Of a stretch of DNA of 64,000 nucleotides, positions 27,836 through 37,213 are shown piece by piece (positions within the stretch are counted from its first letter, which is position 1; each line of letters begins with the position of its first letter). The notes below the pieces were generated by a model that searched no databases, had not been told where the DNA came from, and was given only the letters and a program-made list of their open reading frames with translations. The stretch comes from Myxococcota bacterium (GTDB taxonomy: Bacteria; Myxococcota_A; Polyangia; Nannocystales; Nannocystaceae). A program made the position numbers and the translations under genes. The stretch is from assembly GCA_039028615.1 (NCBI GenBank), contig JBCCHT010000024.1, positions 128,001-192,000 of the forward strand. Direction: 5' to 3'.

Positions 27836-28495
27836 ATGCGTCGATGGTGGGCGTGCCGAGTGCTCTTCGGAGGGGTCATCGCGGGGGCCTGTGCTCCTCG
27901 ATCCGCGACTGAACCCGAGCCCGTCTCACCCTCGGCCCCACGCGTGCCCGATATCTCGCAGGGCGAAGCGGCGCCGGAGCTGAGCGTGTCGCCGATCGAG
28001 AGCGAGGAGGTCACCTTGGCCGACCTTCCTGCGCCCCCGCGGGCCGAGGCCGAGCCTCACCTCTCCAACTTGCCGCGCCCGCCGACCTCGAAGAGGGCTT
28101 CGTCGAACGCGGACCTGCCTCCTCCCTCCGAGGCGTCGCGCCGCCCCGAGCCCGCGGCGCCCACCGAGCTCTATGGTGATCCCAAGGGGTGGTCGGACCG
28201 GCCCGCGCGGCCGTCTTGGGCGACCGAGTTCATGGCCGCGCTCAATGCCATGGACTTTCCGGAGACGGCGGGTGAACCGGTCGACGTGCAGTTCACGCTG
28301 CGGGTCTGCAAGGACGGGTCGCTCGTGCCTCGTCTCATCGGTGGAGAGGGGCTCGCCTCCGTCCATGCCGAGCTCATGAAACAGCTCGCCGCGACGACCG
28401 TGCCGGCTCCATCACCTTCGGTTCAGGCGAAGATGAAGAGCGACTGTGCCAAGCTCGACCACGTCTTTCGGTGGACGGGCGCCGAGATTCGCTGA
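27836..28495 (+). CDS. Putative lipoprotein with Pro-rich linker and TonB/TolA C-terminal-like domain
   Basis: IAGAC lipobox, Pro-rich segment and VQFTLRVCKDGS...VPAP pattern. TACACT lies 7 nt before the ATG. Confidence 0.6.
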   Translation: MRRWWACRVLFGGVIAGACAPRSATEPEPVSPSAPRVPDISQGEAAPELSVSPIESEEVTLADLPAPPRAEAEPHLSNLPRPPTSKRASSNADLPPPSEASRRPEPAAPTELYGDPKGWSDRPARPSWATEFMAALNAMDFPETAGEPVDVQFTLRVCKDGSLVPRLIGGEGLASVHAELMKQLAATTVPAPSPSVQAKMKSDCAKLDHVFRWTGAEIR

Positions 28496-28513
28496 GATGG
28501 CGGCCCACGTCGC

Positions 28514-29917
28514 GTGACTCGGAGCATCGACCGGCGCCGCCGATCTCGTTCAAGAGCGACGGCAGCTTCTCTTCGTATCGAGCTGGCCGGGCGCTATCAT
28601 GGAGTCCGTTTGGTTGCTCCGCGCACAACGAAGACCGGGGCGATCGCCACGATGCTGGCGGCCGGCTGTGCCCATGGGGTCGTGGCGAAGGAGTACGACG
28701 CTTGCGCGGAGCTTCCCGCCGAGACCGCCGCCGCGCAGCTGGGGGTGACGCTGCATCCGCCCGCACCTTCGGCCTTTGATCCGAAGGCGGCGGCGAGCTT
28801 CTCCGCGGCGCCTCCGTGGGAGTGGGGGCAGCCCCGGGTCTACCCGCGGGACTACGGCTTCGACTACGGCACGCTGGGAGCCGCGGACGGCGTGCGGGCG
28901 GATACGCCGCTATGGTGCGAGATCGAGTTCCATCGTCGCGCGCGGAAGGGCTTGTTCTCCGCCGATCCACTGACGCGGGTCGACCTCTCGGTGGTCTATG
29001 CGGTCGGCGATGACATTCCCGTGCTGCGTCAGCGGGCGGCAAAGCGCACGGAGTGGGTCCGTATTCTCGACTCGACCCACCGCTTCGAGTCTACCGACAC
29101 CCTGCGTTTCGCGATCACCGACATCGACGTGCTCGAACGCTGGGGGTTCCCCGCGACCGACGACATCGCATCGTTCAGCCTCGAGCACGGGCAGTCGTTG
29201 TCGGCGAGCACGGGGGTGCAATGGCGAGGCACGACCACGCTTCGTTGCCGCCATCTCGATCCTGCGCAGGCCGAAGCCGCCTACGACGACACCCTGGCCC
29301 TGTTCGATCGGGAGCTGCAGGCGTTTCGCCCCCGCTACGATTTCGAAGGCTACGGCGTGGGGCTGCAGGACAGCGGCATGGGGCACCTGCGCGTCCTGTT
29401 GCGGCGCGCCGCATCGCTCGGCCACGGCTGGGACGACCCGGAGCTCCTGGCGCGGTCGGAGAGATTGCTCGACCGTCAGCAATGCTTCGAACAGGCGGTG
29501 GTGGAGCCTCTGCGTCGAAAGACGCGGCGAATCTCTCGCGATCGACCGCTTCGTGGGTTGCGCCTCGGCCACGCGAGCGCGCTGCAGTGTGCGGACCCCG
29601 AACAGGCCCCGGGTGATCGCTGGCCGTCGGGGCGCTGCGAGTTCGACCTGTCGGTCCGTGTTCCCGCCGACGGGGCCCCGACGCGAGCCGGGGTCATCGC
29701 AGGGGCGGTCGTGGTGCTGGCCGGGGGGCGAGAAGTGAACGCGTGGCCCATCGATCCGCCCGAGGTGCAGCCCGGGACCGAAGCCGTCGTCCGCATGCGG
29801 CTCGAGCCCAGCGTGACCGAGGCGGTACCCCTGACCACGCCGGTCATGCTGCGCTGGCGACGGGATCGGCTCTTCGGGGATACGCTGGTGCGCTCGTGGC
29901 CGATCCAACCCCGGTGA
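28514..29917 (+). CDS. Hypothetical protein (possible lipoprotein)
   Basis: Long ORF with natural composition. LAAGC suggests the true start is near 28610-28652. Confidence 0.65.
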   Translation: MTRSIDRRRRSRSRATAASLRIELAGRYHGVRLVAPRTTKTGAIATMLAAGCAHGVVAKEYDACAELPAETAAAQLGVTLHPPAPSAFDPKAAASFSAAPPWEWGQPRVYPRDYGFDYGTLGAADGVRADTPLWCEIEFHRRARKGLFSADPLTRVDLSVVYAVGDDIPVLRQRAAKRTEWVRILDSTHRFESTDTLRFAITDIDVLERWGFPATDDIASFSLEHGQSLSASTGVQWRGTTTLRCRHLDPAQAEAAYDDTLALFDRELQAFRPRYDFEGYGVGLQDSGMGHLRVLLRRAASLGHGWDDPELLARSERLLDRQQCFEQAVVEPLRRKTRRISRDRPLRGLRLGHASALQCADPEQAPGDRWPSGRCEFDLSVRVPADGAPTRAGVIAGAVVVLAGGREVNAWPIDPPEVQPGTEAVVRMRLEPSVTEAVPLTTPVMLRWRRDRLFGDTLVRSWPIQPR

Positions 29918-29932
29918 CGGCACGACCCTCCG

Positions 29933-30376
29933 TCAATACGGGCAGTGGGCGGTGCGCGGCTGGACCCCGGGCTCGAGGCAGTAGGTCTCCGCTTCCCGTC
30001 GGTCGGTGGCGACGCCCACCCAGCCGTTCTCACCCGCCCGCAGCTCGAGGGTCCGAACTTCGTCGATCGGACCATGCAGCGCTTCGACCGTGTAGGAGCC
30101 TGCAGGTAGGCCTTCGAAAGCGAAGCGACCCTCGTCGTCGGTCATGATCTCGTGCTGCTCTTCGAAGCAGGAGCAGGTCAGGAGCACGAGTCCCGAACCG
30201 AGCGGCGTGCCCTGGCGCGAGTCGATGAGCTGGCCCGAGATTCGCCCCGGGTCGCGACCGACATGCAGGACACTGTCGGGGTCGGGCGTACCGGGGGTCC
30301 GCACGGGGTCCGGCAACAGTGGCGTGGCGCATGCGAGCCCGAGGCAGCCTACGAGCACGGTCCATCGGGGGAGCAC
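29933..30376 (-). CDS. Lipoprotein with carboxypeptidase regulatory-like (prealbumin-fold) domain
   Basis: LGLAC lipobox and GRISGQLID...TDDEGRFAFEGLPAGSYTVEA. TACCAT lies 7 nt before GTG 30376. Confidence 0.8.
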   Translation of the reverse strand: MLPRWTVLVGCLGLACATPLLPDPVRTPGTPDPDSVLHVGRDPGRISGQLIDSRQGTPLGSGLVLLTCSCFEEQHEIMTDDEGRFAFEGLPAGSYTVEALHGPIDEVRTLELRAGENGWVGVATDRREAETYCLEPGVQPRTAHCPY

Positions 30377-30700
30377 GGGATCAATGGTAGTCGGTCGACG
30401 CTCCGCTGCCGCGGGGTCGCGCGGTCCTTGGGATGAATTGCCTGCCAACGCAGGCCGGGCGCGGTGGCGTGGGGTTTCGCGGTGATCTTCGGGGCGTTTG
30501 CGCCTGCGCCGAGTTCGGAGGCCAGCGTCGACTGAGTGATCGGTCACGCCGGCGCAGACGTTTGCCCGCGGGACGTTGTTGGGGGACCGCGCGAACGCGC
30601 AGCTCGACTGTGCGGCGGCGGACCGAACCTTCGGTGCGCTTGCTCTGCCACACATCGGAGGCCCTCAATCACCGCCTGCATTTTGGCTATGCTCCGGCCG

Positions 30701-31306
30701 ATGCGTTCGATCGTCGCGTTCTACGGGGACCTCAACTGCCCGTTTTGCTTCGCCACGAACGAGCGTCTTCATGCCCTCGGGGTGGCCGACAAGGTGGAGT
30801 GGCGCGGGCTTCAGCACGAGCCCTACCTGCCCATCCCCGCGCGACCCACCGAGCGTTCGACCCGAGAGCTCGCCGAAGAGATCGAGCGACTTCGAGTCCG
30901 CGCCCCGGACATCGAGATCCGCGTGCCGTCGTTTCGACCCAATAGCGGCCCGGCCACGGCCTTGGTCGCGGCGCTCGCCCGCGACAAACCCCGCCTGGCT
31001 CGAGCGCTGCGCCGAGTGACCTTCCGGGCGCTGTGGCTCGAGTCGAAGGACATCTCCCAGCGCGAGGTGCTCGAGGCTGCGCTCGCGGAGGTCGGGGGCC
31101 GATGGCCGGTGTGGAACTCCCCCGCGTCGTTGATGGCGCAGTGGCAGGAAGAGTGGGAGCAGGGGCCCTTCGATCGTCGCATCCCCGCGCTTCGCACGGG
31201 CAGCGGCGGCCTGCATCTCGGCTTGCAGGACCCCGAGGCCCTGTTCGCGCTCATCGAGAGCGACCGCAACTCGGCTGCGACTGACGACGTCTGCGAGCCT
31301 CGCTGA
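30701..31306 (+). CDS. DsbA/FrnE-like thioredoxin-fold protein
   Basis: FYGDLNCPFC active-site motif, FRALW...DIS...VL and IP motif. Confidence 0.85.
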   Translation: MRSIVAFYGDLNCPFCFATNERLHALGVADKVEWRGLQHEPYLPIPARPTERSTRELAEEIERLRVRAPDIEIRVPSFRPNSGPATALVAALARDKPRLARALRRVTFRALWLESKDISQREVLEAALAEVGGRWPVWNSPASLMAQWQEEWEQGPFDRRIPALRTGSGGLHLGLQDPEALFALIESDRNSAATDDVCEPR

Positions 31307-31316
31307 ACGGAGGTGC

Positions 31317-34300
31317 TCAGCCCTGAGCGGGAGGCTCGGCTGCGGCCGCGCCGTTGGATTGAGCCGCGGCGAGCTTGGGCACCTTGCGGACGTAGGCGAG
31401 CGCCCGAAGGACCCGCACGGCCCATAGCGCGGCCGGCATCAGCAGCAGCGCCACCAAGGGCACCAGCACTAGATCGGAAGGGCTCGGCACCGCCGTGTGA
31501 TCGCCCGTGTTGCCCATCACCAGAATGATGAGCGTGCCGTACAGCCAGGGCACCACGAGGATCCAGATGACCGCGACACCTCCGCGCAGCCACAGGCTTC
31601 CGACGTCGCGGAAGCTCTGGCCCTCGTGGAAGCGCGCCCGCAGGATCTTGTGCGTGGTGCCCAGAAACGAGATGGCGGCGGCGAGGTAGACGGCCAGGCA
31701 CATCACCACCAACAGCAGCGCGCCGCCCAAGGTGCCGTACAGGACCCACGGCGAGGCATCCGCGAGCAGGATGTAGAACACCCTGAGCAGGGTGTAGTTC
31801 ATCAGCACTTCGATGAACGGTTCGATGGCGAGGGCCAAGAAGAACCCGGTCACGAAGATCACCCCGAAGGCGATGCCCAGGTAGGGCAGCAGCACCTTGA
31901 GCTCGGCGGTGATGGTCTTGGTGGCGCGCGCGACGATGCCCTCACCGCCGCCCTGAGCCGCATGCACGGGGGCCATGGCGATGGTGACGAGGGTCTCCCG
32001 AAGCGGCAGGAGGTAGAGGATCACCGCGATGATCGACATCACGATCGGCACGTAGCCCATGACCCAGTCCACCCGCCGATAGGCGTCGAAGATCGACTGG
32101 TAGACGCCGACCTGCTCCTGGACCAGGCGCGCGTTGTAGACGATCTTCGAGCTCTCGACTGCGCTCTTGGTCTCCGCGAGGCGGTCGAGGTAGAGCTGGA
32201 TCTCGGGCTCGCGAAGCTGCTTGGCCCAGTGCGAGGAGATGTAGGCGGCGAACGCTTCGTAGCGGCGCAGGTCACCCTTGGCGAGTTCTTTGCCCGCCTC
32301 GACCGCTTCCTTTCCCGCGGCCGCGGCCTCGGTTCCGACCTCTTTGGCTTTGGCCGCCACCGCATCGCGATTGGACTCGACCTCGTCGATCACCTCTTGC
32401 AGCGGGGTGCGGATGAAGTCGAGGTGAGCCGCGGACATCTCGGAGAAGCGCTTGCGGCTCTCCTCGCGCTCGAGCACGTCGAAGAGGCCGTTGACCACCA
32501 CCAGCTTGGGGCTGGTGTTCTCGATCATGAAGCCGCCCTGCACCGACTTGGTGACCAGCAGGGTCACGCCGAGCAGGCCGATGGTGATGACGAAGGTGAA
32601 CGCCGCAATGACGCTCGACTTCCACATCTGTGCCGCGGGGACGTTGGGGTACTTGCTGCGCAGGCCCAGCGGCATCAGCAGGATGCCGATGAAGCCCAGC
32701 GCGGCGAGCCCAGCCAAGAACTTCCAGATGTAGCCGAACGCGCGCGACAGCGAGGCTTCTTCCTTGGCGCGGAGCCGATCGATGATCGCCGTGCGTACCT
32801 TCGGGTACCACTCCGCCAGTCGATCGGTACTGATGAACGCGGGGTTGGCCAGCGGGTTTTGGCGAGCCGAGTCTTCGATGCAGGTCAGGACCTTCTCGGC
32901 CGCTTCGATGGACGCGGGCAGCTCTTGCGCTCCGCACCCGGCACCGAGGATCTCGATCGACAGCTCGGGCAATGTCAAGAAGAGCTTGGAGAACCGAGCC
33001 TTGAATCGCGCGGTGGCTTTTTCGTCCTCACCGCTGGAGAGGGCATCGGTCACCATGTCGGCCAGGGCGGCCACCTCGTTGAGCTCGGCCGCGACCTCGG
33101 GGTAGCGCTGGAAGCACTTGCGAAGCTCGTCGAGGGAGGTCTTGCCCTCCCCACACTTGGCGCGCATGGCCTTGAGCTTCTTGACGGTGAAGCTTCCCAT
33201 GAGGCCGCGGTAGTGCAGGTACAGCTTGGGGTGGAACGCCTTCTTCTTCTTGCGCTGAATCGACAGGTACACCGTGGTGACCACGGGGTCTTCGACCATG
33301 CACTGGGCGAAGCGCTCTTGCCGGCTCTCGGGGTCGATGTCGGACAGCGATTGCTCGATCACGCAGTCGTCCCAGTCGACGTCGGTGTTCTTGGAGCACT
33401 CTTGCACGTGGCCGCCGAGGCGCGAGGCGACCCAGCCGCTCCAGGCGTCGCCCTCGGCCGAGCACCGACCGGCGATGTCTTCGATGCGCTGCTTGCCGAG
33501 CCCGACGGGCAGGTCGATGTCCATGCCGCCGAGGAGCCACTGGGCCACCGCGCCCTTGGACATGCCCGACACCGCGCTCTTGACCGCGTCGCTTTGGAGG
33601 CACGCCTCGAGGGCGGCGAGTTCGGTCTGGGGGCAGGCGTCGCGCAGAGCCTTGCGGAACAGGTTGATCGCCGCGTTGGGCTCGATGCGGTCCTCTTCGG
33701 GCAGGCCTTCGCCGACGTCTTGGTCGAGCTCGATGAGGTCGGCGAGGGCTTCGAGTTCCTCGTCGCTGAGGTCGTCGAGCTGCTCCTCCGAGGCGCCATC
33801 GAGGAGCTCCATCAGGTCGGTGTCGTCGCCCTCGGCCTCGTAGTCGTAGGGGTCGAAGTATTCCTCGTCCAGCTCGGCCTCGAGGTCCTCGTCTTCGTCC
33901 CACCAGGCTTCGAGGTCTTCACCACCGTCCTCGCCTTCGAGAAGGTCTTCGGCGAACGGATCGTAGTAGGCGTCATCGTCGACGAATTCGAAATCCTCGT
34001 CGAGGACGTCCTCGTCCGCGGCGAAGTCGAAATCTCCCTCGTCGAGGTCACCGTCGTTGATGTCGCGCTCGCTCCCGTCTTCTTCGGGGTCGAGGTCGCC
34101 GTCGTCGTCTCCGCCGTCTTCGACGGGGTCGAGGTCGCCGTCGCCATCGTCGTCTCCGCCGTCTTCGACGATGTCGAGGTCGCCCTCGTCTCCGTCGTCT
34201 CCGTCGTCTCCGTCGTCTTCTTCGGCACCTGCGGGGTCCAGGTCGGCGTCACCGTCGTCCTCTTCGCCTCCACCGGGGTCGAAGCCGTTGCCCCCGTCAT

Positions 34301-34667
34301 CTTCTTCGCCGTCGCCAGGGTCGAAGCCGCCGTCTCCGTCATCACCTCCGCCGCCTCCAGGGTCGAAGCCGTCACCGCCGTCGTCGTCTTCGCCATCGCC
34401 GGGATCGAAGTCGCCGTCGTCGTCGCCTCCGCCACCGCCGGGGTCGAAGCCGTCACCGCCGTCGTCGTCCTCGCCACCGGGATCGAAGCCGCCGTCGTCT
34501 TCCTCCCCGAAGTCATCCTCTCCGGGCTGGGTCGCGAGGGAGGTCGCCGCCATGCCCAGTCGTGGGCTCAGCAGGAACAACAGCGTAATGGCGAGGGCAG
34601 GCAAGCCCAGCCGTTGCTGCAGTCGTCGTCGGAAGAGTGTCTCGTTGTATGGGGAGGTGCGCATCAC
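31317..34667 (-). CDS. Large membrane protein with Asp/Gly-rich repeat N-terminus and Cys-paired helical domain
   Basis: 1116-aa ORF: signal-like segment, FDPG/LDP acidic repeats, paired-Cys region and several C-terminal TM helices. Confidence 0.85.
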   Translation of the reverse strand: MMRTSPYNETLFRRRLQQRLGLPALAITLLFLLSPRLGMAATSLATQPGEDDFGEEDDGGFDPGGEDDDGGDGFDPGGGGGDDDGDFDPGDGEDDDGGDGFDPGGGGGDDGDGGFDPGDGEEDDGGNGFDPGGGEEDDGDADLDPAGAEEDDGDDGDDGDEGDLDIVEDGGDDDGDGDLDPVEDGGDDDGDLDPEEDGSERDINDGDLDEGDFDFAADEDVLDEDFEFVDDDAYYDPFAEDLLEGEDGGEDLEAWWDEDEDLEAELDEEYFDPYDYEAEGDDTDLMELLDGASEEQLDDLSDEELEALADLIELDQDVGEGLPEEDRIEPNAAINLFRKALRDACPQTELAALEACLQSDAVKSAVSGMSKGAVAQWLLGGMDIDLPVGLGKQRIEDIAGRCSAEGDAWSGWVASRLGGHVQECSKNTDVDWDDCVIEQSLSDIDPESRQERFAQCMVEDPVVTTVYLSIQRKKKKAFHPKLYLHYRGLMGSFTVKKLKAMRAKCGEGKTSLDELRKCFQRYPEVAAELNEVAALADMVTDALSSGEDEKATARFKARFSKLFLTLPELSIEILGAGCGAQELPASIEAAEKVLTCIEDSARQNPLANPAFISTDRLAEWYPKVRTAIIDRLRAKEEASLSRAFGYIWKFLAGLAALGFIGILLMPLGLRSKYPNVPAAQMWKSSVIAAFTFVITIGLLGVTLLVTKSVQGGFMIENTSPKLVVVNGLFDVLEREESRKRFSEMSAAHLDFIRTPLQEVIDEVESNRDAVAAKAKEVGTEAAAAGKEAVEAGKELAKGDLRRYEAFAAYISSHWAKQLREPEIQLYLDRLAETKSAVESSKIVYNARLVQEQVGVYQSIFDAYRRVDWVMGYVPIVMSIIAVILYLLPLRETLVTIAMAPVHAAQGGGEGIVARATKTITAELKVLLPYLGIAFGVIFVTGFFLALAIEPFIEVLMNYTLLRVFYILLADASPWVLYGTLGGALLLVVMCLAVYLAAAISFLGTTHKILRARFHEGQSFRDVGSLWLRGGVAVIWILVVPWLYGTLIILVMGNTGDHTAVPSPSDLVLVPLVALLLMPAALWAVRVLRALAYVRKVPKLAAAQSNGAAAAEPPAQG
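34075..34520 (-). repeat. Intragenic degenerate tandem repeats encoding (F/L)DPGxxEDDDG
   Basis: Recurring GGGTCGAAGCCG and GTCGAGGTCGCCGTCG units. GGGTCGAAGCCGTCACCGCCGTCGTCGTC occurs twice (about 34360 and 34441). Confidence 0.8.
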
Positions 34668-34815
34668 TGGTCAGCGATCGTGGTGGGAACCGAGGGGCGG
34701 GGCTCGGCGACCGCGACAGTGTGGAGAAAGTGGCACTAGGACCAAGAGCAAAAACAGAACCGTCGTTTTGACTCGTTTCGACCCGAAGAAGCCTTCGAGC
34801 CATCGCACTCGTTCC

Positions 34816-35736
34816 TCAGCGAGCTAGCGTTTTGCGCAACCCCAGCCGGTCGAAGTCGCCCGGATACCAATCTTCGAATGTGCAGAAGATCTCGTAGTCG
34901 TGCGCGAGGAAGAAGGTCGGACTTTGATATCCGGCCATCCACAACGACACGGACTCGATGCCCAAAGTGGCAATGTGGCGTTCCATGCCATCGAGCAGGG
35001 CGGTGCCCAGGCCTCGCCCGCGGTGGCTGGACTCGACGAAGAGGTCGGTCAGTACGAACCAACGGTTGTAGCCCTCGCCCTCACGCAGCGCGAGCCCGCT
35101 GACGCAGCCCACGAAGTCTCCTCCCGCCAGGGCGACGAGACCGTAGCGTTCGTGGGATTGAGGGGGGTTACCGAACGCTCGCGCATGTTCGACGAATCCC
35201 TCTGCGATGCGATGGCTCTCGGTTTCGGTCATCGCTCGTTCGACCAAGCGAAGTGATCCGGGGAAGGCCGAGGCCGGGACGTCGGTCGTCGTCGGTGGGG
35301 TCAGGGCCTTTCGGAAACCGACCTTCGAGTCGCCCGAGCAGAACTGATTCTCCAGCTCATAGCACCGGGTGTAGCCCTGGCGAGCGTAGAAATCCGGCGC
35401 TTCGTAGCCGGCAGTCCGCGTCCAGATCCGTCGGGCACCCCGCGACCATGCGCGGGCTTCGATGGCGCGCAGCATCAGCGCTCCGAGCCCACGCTTGCGG
35501 TAAGGGACCTCGAGGAACAGCTCTTCGAGGTAGGCCCAGCCATTGGGTTGGGCATGGTGGTACAGCTCCGCGACCGCACAGCCGACGAAGGCCTCGCCGT
35601 CGAGCAGCACGACGGTGATTCGGTTCGAGTCGACCAGGACGCTGCCGGAGGCGATTGCGTGCCGTCGTCCGCCTTCGATGCGGCGGGCGAGCTCCGCATC
35701 CGTCAGGTCGCGCAGGACCACGCGCGCGTCGGTCAT
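34816..35736 (-). CDS. Tandem two-domain GNAT acetyltransferase
   Basis: Two acetyl-CoA motifs (YRKRGLGALML, HRGRGLGTALL), each followed by a [TM]AGY[EQ]xPxF segment. Confidence 0.88.
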   Translation of the reverse strand: MTDARVVLRDLTDAELARRIEGGRRHAIASGSVLVDSNRITVVLLDGEAFVGCAVAELYHHAQPNGWAYLEELFLEVPYRKRGLGALMLRAIEARAWSRGARRIWTRTAGYEAPDFYARQGYTRCYELENQFCSGDSKVGFRKALTPPTTTDVPASAFPGSLRLVERAMTETESHRIAEGFVEHARAFGNPPQSHERYGLVALAGGDFVGCVSGLALREGEGYNRWFVLTDLFVESSHRGRGLGTALLDGMERHIATLGIESVSLWMAGYQSPTFFLAHDYEIFCTFEDWYPGDFDRLGLRKTLAR

Positions 35737-36014
35737 CGGCGTCGTTTCGCGTTGGCTTCGAGCAGGGCGATGCCGGCCAAGGCCGAGGAGCAGCCCACGA
35801 GCACCGCGAGGGCGTTCAGCCACAGAGGGTTCGACAGGCCGATCGCGCGTCCGAGGATGCACATCGTGGTCAACGCGATGCCTCCGCCGAGCAGCAGGAC
35901 CGCGAGCCAGGGGGCGTTGTCGCGTTGGCGACGAACGAGTCGCCGAATGCCGGCGACCAGGCCGATGCCCAAGCCGATCATCGCGACGAGGAAGAGCAGG
36001 CCTTGCATGGACAT
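35733..36014 (-). CDS. Small integral membrane protein
   Basis: Three hydrophobic segments and an ATGA overlap with the GNAT start. Confidence 0.7.
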   Translation of the reverse strand: MSMQGLLFLVAMIGLGIGLVAGIRRLVRRQRDNAPWLAVLLLGGGIALTTMCILGRAIGLSNPLWLNALAVLVGCSSALAGIALLEANAKRRR

Positions 36015-36082
36015 CGAACGGTAGCAGAGCGGCAGTCCGGGTGCATTGACGGGGTCGTCGGCGGCTTGCGAGCATCCTTGCC

Positions 36083-37210
36083 GTGGCTCGCCGTCGTTCG
36101 CTTTTTATGCTCTCGGTCGCCGTGTTGTTCGGGTGCAGGGCCGAGTCCGAGTCCGTCGAGCCGGAGGTCACGCCCGAGGTCGAGGCCCCGCCTCCCGTCG
36201 AGGCACCGCCGGTCGTCCGGGTCGAGCCACCGCCCCGGCTGGAGTACGAGTTCACCGCGGTCGACCCGGTCGACGAGCCTGCGGAGGTCATCGAGTTTCG
36301 CGACGTCGTGGTGACTCCAGACGGGGAGCGTGGCTTTGCAGTGGGGCGGGCCACGTTCGGGGGCAGGGCCGTCTTGCTCGAGCTGAACGAGGGCCGATGG
36401 GCGGCGGGGACGTTGCCGACGCTGCCATCGGGCGCTCAGCTCACCGACGTGGTCACCGATGAGACGGGGCGTCATGCCTGGGCCATCGGCGTGGCGTTGG
36501 CGAGCGACGTGACGCCGCTCGTGCTGCGTCGCGACGACGCCGTTTGGTCGATGGACGAGGCTGCGCTCGCCGTGCTCGCGGCGATGAGTCCCACCGCCAC
36601 GCCGTCAGCCATCGCGTTGACGCCCGATGCCCGCGATGGCTGGCTGTTCGGCGGAGACTTCTCGGAGGAGCAGATGCGCTACGTCGGCGCCTGTGCACGC
36701 TTCGACGGCCAGACCTGGACCCTCCATCCCGCGCCCGACCATCAAGAGGTCTTTGCGGTGTGGATCAGCCGAGACGGCACGCAGGGCTGGGCCGCGGGGC
36801 GGCGAGCAGGGGCCATGACCTTGAGCGACGGACGCTGGACGCAGACCGAGGTGCTCGCCGACCGGTCGACGGTCGGGGTGTGGTTCGACGACTCCGGGCG
36901 CGAGGGCTGGGCCGTGGGCAACCACATCAGCCGCTTCGAAGAGGGATCATGGGCCACGGTGCTGCCCGAGCAGCAGGAGTACTACCCCGGGCTGTGGTTC
37001 CATCCCACGGGGGCGACCGGCTTCATCGTGGGCGAGCCGGGGCGCGGGGCGGGTCTCGGCTCGCGGTGGATCGACGGACAGTGGGCGCCGCTGACCCACG
37101 AGCTGCTCGCGGCGCAGCAGAACTACGCGGTCGCGCTCTCGGAGGATGCAACGCAAGGGTGGATCGTGGGCAACGGAAACCTGATCCACATGGTCGGCAC
37201 GCCGCCGTGA
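36083..37210 (+). CDS. Lipoprotein, predicted beta-propeller
   Basis: LFGC lipobox and seven xxDGxxG[WF]xxG-type repeats (e.g. SRDGTQGWAAG, DDSGREGWAVG). Confidence 0.8.
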   Translation: MARRRSLFMLSVAVLFGCRAESESVEPEVTPEVEAPPPVEAPPVVRVEPPPRLEYEFTAVDPVDEPAEVIEFRDVVVTPDGERGFAVGRATFGGRAVLLELNEGRWAAGTLPTLPSGAQLTDVVTDETGRHAWAIGVALASDVTPLVLRRDDAVWSMDEAALAVLAAMSPTATPSAIALTPDARDGWLFGGDFSEEQMRYVGACARFDGQTWTLHPAPDHQEVFAVWISRDGTQGWAAGRRAGAMTLSDGRWTQTEVLADRSTVGVWFDDSGREGWAVGNHISRFEEGSWATVLPEQQEYYPGLWFHPTGATGFIVGEPGRGAGLGSRWIDGQWAPLTHELLAAQQNYAVALSEDATQGWIVGNGNLIHMVGTPP

Positions 37211-37213
37211 TGC

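Noticed and set aside
34075..34520. Repeats as a possible CRISPR array
   Set aside because: The units are degenerate, in-frame and encode acidic peptide repeats. There are no unique constant-length spacers and no cas genes.
31497..34739. 1080-aa plus-strand ORF and similar long antisense ORFs (e.g. 5348-6808, 38609-40600, 57178-59298)
   Set aside because: They mirror well-supported genes on the opposite strand. Such stop-free shadow frames are expected from high-GC codon bias and show no independent motifs.
35737..36354. N-terminal extension of the 512-aa GNAT ORF
   Set aside because: It overlaps a coupled small membrane gene and the opposite-strand lipoprotein. ATG 35736 fits an ATGA overlap.
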